Below, one piece after another: positions 59,401-64,000 of a DNA stretch of 64,000 nucleotides (positions are counted from its first letter, which is position 1; every line of letters begins with the position of its first letter). The notes beneath the pieces were generated by a model. It had not been told where the DNA came from. It did no database searches and saw nothing but the letters and a program-made list of their open reading frames with translations. Source of the DNA: an uncultured Actinomycetes bacterium (GTDB lineage: Bacteria > Actinomycetota > Actinomycetes > Streptosporangiales > Streptosporangiaceae); NCBI GenBank assembly GCA_963808315.1, contig CAWEFK010000012.1, forward strand, positions 16,274 to 80,273. Reading direction: 5' to 3'. The position numbers and the translations under genes were made by a program.

Positions 59401-59437
59401 GCCCCAGCAACACCTATGGTCCATCGTAGTGGTCAGA
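59401..59437 (-). repeat. Dispersed short repeat, core-only inverted copy of 42958..42993
   Basis: See 42958..42993. Confidence 0.6.
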
Positions 59438-59532
59438 GAAAGGCTTTCCTGCTTGCCCTCGGCATTAGGGAACGGGATGCTCCCGGTTCCAAATGAGTTG
59501 CTCCTGGCTTGGCTGACTGATTCGCTCGGGGC

Positions 59533-60411
59533 ATGGGAGATATAGCCCGTACGGCTGTGACTATCGCGGGCGTTCCGGCATTGCTGGGGTACTGCGTTTC
59601 GCCGGAATGGGCGGTGAAGTACGGCACGGTGCTGCTTTACCACGGTTCCGGGGGGCCCAAAGAGCGGATGGAGGCGTACAGCACGGCGCTCGCCGAGGCC
59701 GGTTTTCTCACGGTAAGCCTCGATGCGGTCGGTCATGGCGAACGCCGGTATCCGGACTTCGACGCTATTTTCAACGACCAGCGCTGGGATACGCAGTTCG
59801 ACGCGACCGAAACCGACTTCCTACAGCTCATCGACGACACCGTCGCCGAGGTGCCGTCGATCATCGATGACCTGCTTGATCGCGGCTGGGCTCGTACCGA
59901 CGGGGTCGGCATCGGCGGCCGGTCGCTGGGCGGCAATGTGTCCTACGCGTCAGTTCTCGCCGACCGCCGGATTCGGGCGGCGGCTTCCGTCGTGGGCTCG
60001 CCGGAGTGGACGCCGCCCCGGGCTCATAGCCCGCACCATTTTCCCGACCGGTTCTTTCCCGCCGCGGTTCTGTCGCAGTCCGCGGAATGTGACGAATACG
60101 TGCCCGCGGAGCCGGTCAGGGACTTCCACGACAAGCTTCAGCCGTGGTACGCGGGGGAGCCCGAGAAAGTCCAGTACCTGGAGTATCCCGGCGTCGGGCA
60201 CTTCCTGACGCCGGAGCTCAACGCGGCGAGCTGCCGGCAGATGACGGCGTGGTTTCAGCGGTGGCTGCCGCGTCGCCCGGGTCAGTCGCCGGATCATAGG
60301 CGTGGCGGAAGGTCGATAACGATGACGATCGTGCCCAGCAGCACCGCGGCACCCGCCAGCATGGGCGGCCCCGAGCCGACACGGTCCACGGCCAGGCCGG
60401 TGAGTGCGTAG
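59533..60411 (+). CDS. Alpha/beta hydrolase (dienelactone-hydrolase / S9-like); 3' end uncertain
   Basis: VLLYHGSGG, nucleophile elbow GGRSLGG, GVGHF. The last ~40 codons overlap the convergent MFS gene and look non-native. A TAG in another frame at 60297-99 would give a tidy end. Confidence 0.75.
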   Translation: MGDIARTAVTIAGVPALLGYCVSPEWAVKYGTVLLYHGSGGPKERMEAYSTALAEAGFLTVSLDAVGHGERRYPDFDAIFNDQRWDTQFDATETDFLQLIDDTVAEVPSIIDDLLDRGWARTDGVGIGGRSLGGNVSYASVLADRRIRAAASVVGSPEWTPPRAHSPHHFPDRFFPAAVLSQSAECDEYVPAEPVRDFHDKLQPWYAGEPEKVQYLEYPGVGHFLTPELNAASCRQMTAWFQRWLPRRPGQSPDHRRGGRSITMTIVPSSTAAPASMGGPEPTRSTARPVSA

Positions 60412-61499
60412 CCCACCCCGGTGCCCGCGTTCGCCGCGGTGTTGATCCAGGTGGTCGCCTCGCTCCCGCCGGCGCTGGCCGTTGATCCGGTCCGCGCTGA
60501 GGTAGCTGAGCACGAGCACCGGGGCGATGGCGGCGCCGGTCAGAGCCATGACGACGCCGAGGACAAGCAGGTCGGGCGTGACCACGGACCCGGCCACCCC
60601 GGCCGCCATCACGAGCAGTAGCCCGGTCAGCTGGACGGACGGCCGGACAGGCACACGCAGCCTGCCCCACAGCAGACCGCCAACCGCGCTGCCCAGCCCC
60701 AGGGCGGCCAGGACGTACCCGGCCGCCGCGGCATCGTGGTCCTGGACGGCGCGGGCGGCGATGGTGACGTCGATGGCCCCGAAGCCGAGCGACGTCGTCA
60801 GCACGACGGTGAGCAGCGCGGGAAAACCGGGTCTGCGGAGCGGACCGGCCCACCGGCGACGGGGCACGGTGACCGCAGGTGGCTGGCGGTGGTGGGGGCG
60901 GTGACCGTTGGTGAGGCGGCCAACGCCACGCTCCCGGTCAGCAGCAGGGCGGCCGTGACGGCCAGCGCGAGGACGGGGCCGTCCAGGGCGACCAGGGCCC
61001 CGGCCAGGAGCGGGCCGAGGGTGAAGAGCAGCTCTTCAGGCGCGGTGTCGAGGCCGTACGCACGCCGCAGGCTGCCCGGGCCGACGGCGATGACCGCCCA
61101 CACGGCCCGCATCGCCGCGCCCAGCACTGGTCCCGTGGCGCCGGCCAGCCCGGCCGCCGCAACGTACCCGGCCGGGCTGCGGTCGCCGGCGCGATCCAGA
61201 ACGACCATCGCCACCAGGGCCGCGGCCGACCCGGCGGCAAAGGCCGGCAGGACCCGCCGCTGGCCGTAACGGTCAGCGAGCCGGGATTTGGCCGGTCCGG
61301 TCAGTGTCCCCAGCGCGTAGCAGCCGCTCGCGGCGCCAGCGGCGGCGAAGGACCCGGTGGCCTGGTGCACGACGAGCAGCAGGGATAGGCCGATAGTTCC
61401 GTAGGCCAGGCGGCCGAGGCTGGCGGCGGTGAATGAGCGCAGTGCGCCAGGCAGGCTGAGCACCGCACGGTACGACAAAGCCGGTTGCGGACGAGACAT
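60294..61499 (-). pseudogene. MFS transporter, two frame shifts (about 60862-60885 and about 60490)
   Basis: Three consecutive frames give MSRPQPALSYRAVLSLPGALRSF...RLADRYGQRR, then PRRRWAGPLRRPGFPALLTVVLTTSLGFGAIDV, then TWINTAANAGTGVGYALTGLAVDRVGSGPPMLAGAAVLLGTIVIVIDLPPRL-stop. Confidence 0.75.
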
Positions 61500-61705
61500 G
61501 AAACTTCCCCAGGATTAAGCCGGCGCCTGGGGGCACGTGAGCGCAAGCAGGGCCGGTGGATGGGCCGGATCCGTTAGCGGCCTATCGGCAGCCGCTAGGT
61601 CCGGCCGTTAATCCCGGGGACGTATCACAAGTGTGAGGCTACCCGGTCGGACGGCTTGGCCTGGGGCTCGGCCGGGCACCGCTGGCCGGAGCCGGGTCTG
61701 TCACC

Positions 61706-62167
61706 ATGGCTGTCATGATCGGACGACTGCACCACGTGATCCTGGACGGCCCGGACCCGATGGTGCTCGCCACCTTCTACTCCGAACTGCTTGGGTTGCC
61801 GGTCACCTACCGCAGCGACGACTTCGTGGTGGTCTCGGCCAACGACACGTCATCGGGCCTGGCGTTCCAGCTCGCACCCGATCACCAGCCGCCGTCCTGG
61901 CCGGATCCGGCGCGCCCGCAGCAGGTGCATCTGGACATCATGGTGGAGGACGTGGCCGCCGCCGGACCGCGCGTGCTGGCCCTCGGCGCAACCAGGCTGA
62001 ACGACGAAGGCGTCTACGCGGACCCGGCCGGGCATCCGTTCTGCCTGATCCGGCGGCCGCGGTGGGCCGCACCGATATCCGGGTTAGCGTTAGCCCGCGG
62101 GCTGCGGGTCGGCCGTCTCCAGCAGGGTCTTGAGGCCGGACAAGATGCGCGGCCAGCCCTTCGGTGA
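61706..62167 (+). CDS. VOC/glyoxalase-family protein (3' tail overlaps the convergent gene)
   Basis: LHHVILDGPDPMVLATFYSELLGL ... VHLDIMVEDVAAAGPRVLALGA ... YADPAGHPFCLI. Confidence 0.8.
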   Translation: MAVMIGRLHHVILDGPDPMVLATFYSELLGLPVTYRSDDFVVVSANDTSSGLAFQLAPDHQPPSWPDPARPQQVHLDIMVEDVAAAGPRVLALGATRLNDEGVYADPAGHPFCLIRRPRWAAPISGLALARGLRVGRLQQGLEAGQDARPALR

Positions 62168-62585
62168 TGCCGCCGAGCACGGCGCTGCCCGGCTCGAAGT
62201 CGTCGTGCACGACGGTCAGCTTGACCAGCTCGCCGACGGGTTCGAGGTCGAAGGTCACCTTCGACCTGCGCTCGGCGGCGACCTGGGCCAGGTACTCGTC
62301 GCTGATCCCGTAGCTGGCGGCCCACTGCGGGGTGAAGGTGTGCCAGGTGTAGGACAGCCGCCGGTAGGGTTCGGACTCAAGCACGACCTGAGCCGGGTCG
62401 GCGATCTTGACGCCGTCGGGGAGTTCCAGGGTGAACCTGGATCCGGCGCGCCAGTCGGACTCGAACGCGATGCCACCCCAGTAGCGCCGGGTGAACGCGG
62501 GATCGGTCAGCGCTTGCCAGAGCCGTTCCGGCGTGGTGCGGATGTAGGTGGTGTAGACGAACTCCGGTTTGTCCGTCGTGGTCAT
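62090..62585 (-). pseudogene. SRPBCC/Aha1-domain protein, frame shift near 62157
   Basis: MTTTDKPEFVYTTYIRTTPERLWQALTDPAFTRRYWGG ... GGITEG. The expected ending WPRILSGLKTLLETADPQPAG-stop is one frame over (extra G in a GGG run). Confidence 0.75.
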
Positions 62586-62895
62586 CTGCGGTGTCCTCCA
62601 GGGCCTTCTTCAAGTCTGACAAAGCGTCGATGCGGGGCTGGTCGTAACGGTTGATCCAGCGTTCGGCGATTTCGCTGATCGGGGCGGCGTTGAGGTAGTG
62701 CAGCTTTTCCCGGCCGCGCCGGACGGTGGTGACGAGGTTGGCGTCTTCGAGGATGGCCAGGTGCTTGCTGACCGACTGCCTGGCCATGTCCTGCCCGGCG
62801 CACAGCTCGCGCAGGCTCTGCCCGTTGCGGCGGTTCAGGCTGTCGAGCAAGCGGCGCCGGCTCGGATCGGACAGCGCCCTGAAGACCTCGTCCAC
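62377..62895 (-). CDS. ArsR-family transcriptional regulator (functional part probably ends near 62585)
   Basis: FRALSDPSRRRLLDSL...QSLRELCAGQDMARQSVSKHLAILEDANLVTTVRRGREKLHYLN. Beyond about residue 103 the ORF runs through the next gene in another frame. Confidence 0.85.
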   Translation of the reverse strand: MDEVFRALSDPSRRRLLDSLNRRNGQSLRELCAGQDMARQSVSKHLAILEDANLVTTVRRGREKLHYLNAAPISEIAERWINRYDQPRIDALSDLKKALEDTADDHDGQTGVRLHHLHPHHAGTALASADRSRVHPALLGWHRVRVRLARRIQVHPGTPRRRQDRRPGSGRA

Positions 62896-62900
62896 GTCGG

Positions 62901-63360
62901 CTAGCCCCAGCTGCTGATCTTCATGTCGTCCGGGTAGGGCGTGGCCAGGCCGCCCCCGCCCTCAAGGCCGGCGCGCAGGCCGAGCATGAAGTAGGCCCAC
63001 TTGGTGGAGCAGTGGGACATCGATTCGGCCGGTTCCCGCCAGTCGGCGTGGCTGAACCGCAGGACGGTCTCGCCGTCGCCGCCCCCCGGCGCGAGATCGA
63101 AGGTCAGGGAGGTGCCGACCCACTCGTCCGGCCCCTCGACGCAGCGCCAGGCCACGCGGCGGTCGGGAACGAGGTCGATGACCTCCATCACCGCGGCCGG
63201 TTCCGATCCGCCGAAGAAGAACTCAAGCTTCCCGCCTGCTATCCGAGGTTCCGCGCACGTCCCGCGTCCACCATCCTGCCAGGCCGTCTCGTGTCGCGAG
63301 CGCCTGGTAGACGCGTCCGGCCGGTGCGGTGATGCCCACGCGGTGCCTGATATCGACCAT
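62901..63360 (-). pseudogene. SRPBCC/Aha1-domain protein, frame shift near 63232-63245
   Basis: MVDIRHRVGITAPAGRVYQALATRDGLAGWWTRDVRGTSD (frame of ORF 63223..63474), then GGKLEFFFGGSEPAAVMEVIDLVPDRRVAWRCVEGPDEW (ORF 62901..63479). Confidence 0.7.
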
Positions 63361-63601
63361 GTTGTTCTCCTCTGGGGTGGCCCCGCCGCGCTTCGGGGGC
63401 GGGGTCGAGACTTGGGGCGGGAAATAGGCAGCCGTTTGGCTGCGTGTCGATAATAGGCATCTGAAAGGCTGCATGTCAACGGAACGCGTTCTGTTGCGAC
63501 CTAGGACTGAACCATTGACACGGAAGTGTTATCGATAGACGGTTGCATATATTTATATTCTGTGGTATTATTTCGATTTACTGGACTGTAATCTTTCGCG
63601 C

Positions 63602-64000
63602 GTGATAACTAACGGACAGCCCAGCCTGACCGCTTTTACCGCGGCGGCCGCACGCGCCGCTCATCTGCTCGTCGACCGCGAGCCCGCGATCTTCGCCGAT
63701 ACCCTGGCCGAGGCCATGCTCGGCGAGCGGGCCGACGAGCTCATCGGCTACCACCGGGAGCACGGCACCCATCCCGTGCTCTCCGGTGCCCGGGCCCAGG
63801 TGACCTGCCGGAGCCGTTACGCCGAGGACCGTCTCGCGGACGGCGTCCGGCGGGGCATCGGCCAGTACGTCATTCTCGGCGCGGGCCTGGATTCCTTCGC
63901 CGGCCGTTCTGCGCCTGGCCGGCCTGGTGCGCGTCTTCGAAGTCGACCATCCGGCTACCCAGGAATACAAGCGGCGGGTGCTTCCGCCCGCCGAGAACGT
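63602..64000 (+). pseudogene. SAM-dependent methyltransferase (TIGR00027 / LCMT-like), partial at the window edge, frame shift near 63895-63915
   Basis: My own translation from GTG 63602 gives ITNGQPSLTAFTAAAARAAHLLVDREPAIFADTLAEAML ... RSRYAEDRLADGVRRGIGQYVILGAGLDSFA. It continues in the next frame as LAGLVRVFEVDHPATQEYKRRVL. It is not in the ORF track. Confidence 0.7.

Noticed and set aside
58500-59530. ORFs 58662..59294 (-), 58675..59031 (+), 59032..59355 (-) and 59061..59351 (+)
   Set aside because: They are mutually overlapping, Pro/Arg/Gly-rich and have no convincing family signature. The GHYVVVCGFGVSG stretch is faintly Rossmann/TrkA-N-like but degenerates immediately. I treat the region as non-coding or decayed sequence containing repeats.
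1-64000. Scan by eye for tRNA, rRNA, tmRNA, riboswitch-like leaders, MbtH-like genes, NRPS E/TE/R domains, and toxin-antitoxin or defence-system genes
   Set aside because: I could support nothing. The RecD2 helicase stands with a MarR regulator only, without nuclease or methylase partners. This is a by-eye reading, so structured RNAs in particular could have been missed.

Overview
64-kb segment of a high-GC actinomycete-type chromosome. Spot counts of 60-nt lines give about 70-75% GC in most genes. I saw no rRNA, tRNA or CRISPR array. Left to right: (1) 1-5.6 kb holds a divergent GntR regulator and an acyl-CoA-type catabolic operon (MmgE/PrpD-family protein, acyl-CoA dehydrogenase, family-III CoA-transferase, aldehyde dehydrogenase). 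(2) About 5.6-37.2 kb is a putative non-ribosomal peptide biosynthetic gene cluster. Its left arm carries tailoring genes (FAD oxidoreductase, thioesterase-like protein, P450, epoxide hydrolase, SMP-30/SGL-like propeller, second P450) and an ArsR/SRPBCC pair. The centre is a 12-kb four-module NRPS on the minus strand (truncated C lobe, then A-T-C-A-T-C-A-T-C-A-T, no TE) containing a near-identical 2.5-kb in-frame repeat with a 3195-bp period. The right arm is lower in GC and encodes a stand-alone C domain, MFS exporter, VOC protein, GMC oxidoreductase, O-methyltransferase, stand-alone PCP, SDR, Zn-ADH and an alpha/beta hydrolase. (3) 37.25-40.4 kb is mobile-element debris: an ISL3 transposase remnant, truncated host genes and a 3'-truncated group II intron. 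(4) 40.5-52 kb holds small accessory genes (GNAT, VOC, SRPBCC), RecD2 helicase with MarR, a DrrAB-like ABC exporter, an SDR, an F420-type DUF385 protein and a GT2. (5) 52.8-58.3 kb holds methyltransferases and a translationally coupled operon: photoactive-yellow-protein (PYP)-like PAS protein, PAS-GAF-PP2C phosphatase, NAD-epimerase-family protein. This operon is the most unusual system I can support. (6) 59.5-64 kb holds a hydrolase, an MFS gene, a VOC gene, an ArsR with two SRPBCC genes, and a partial methyltransferase. A short repeat family sits in inverted orientation around the 43.4-58.4 kb block. Major caveat: at least 17 conserved genes or gene segments are broken by single-nucleotide frame shifts, mostly in G/C runs. 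This looks more like indel sequencing error than biology, but I cannot decide that from the sequence alone. All family assignments come from reading translated motifs by eye; no searches were run.
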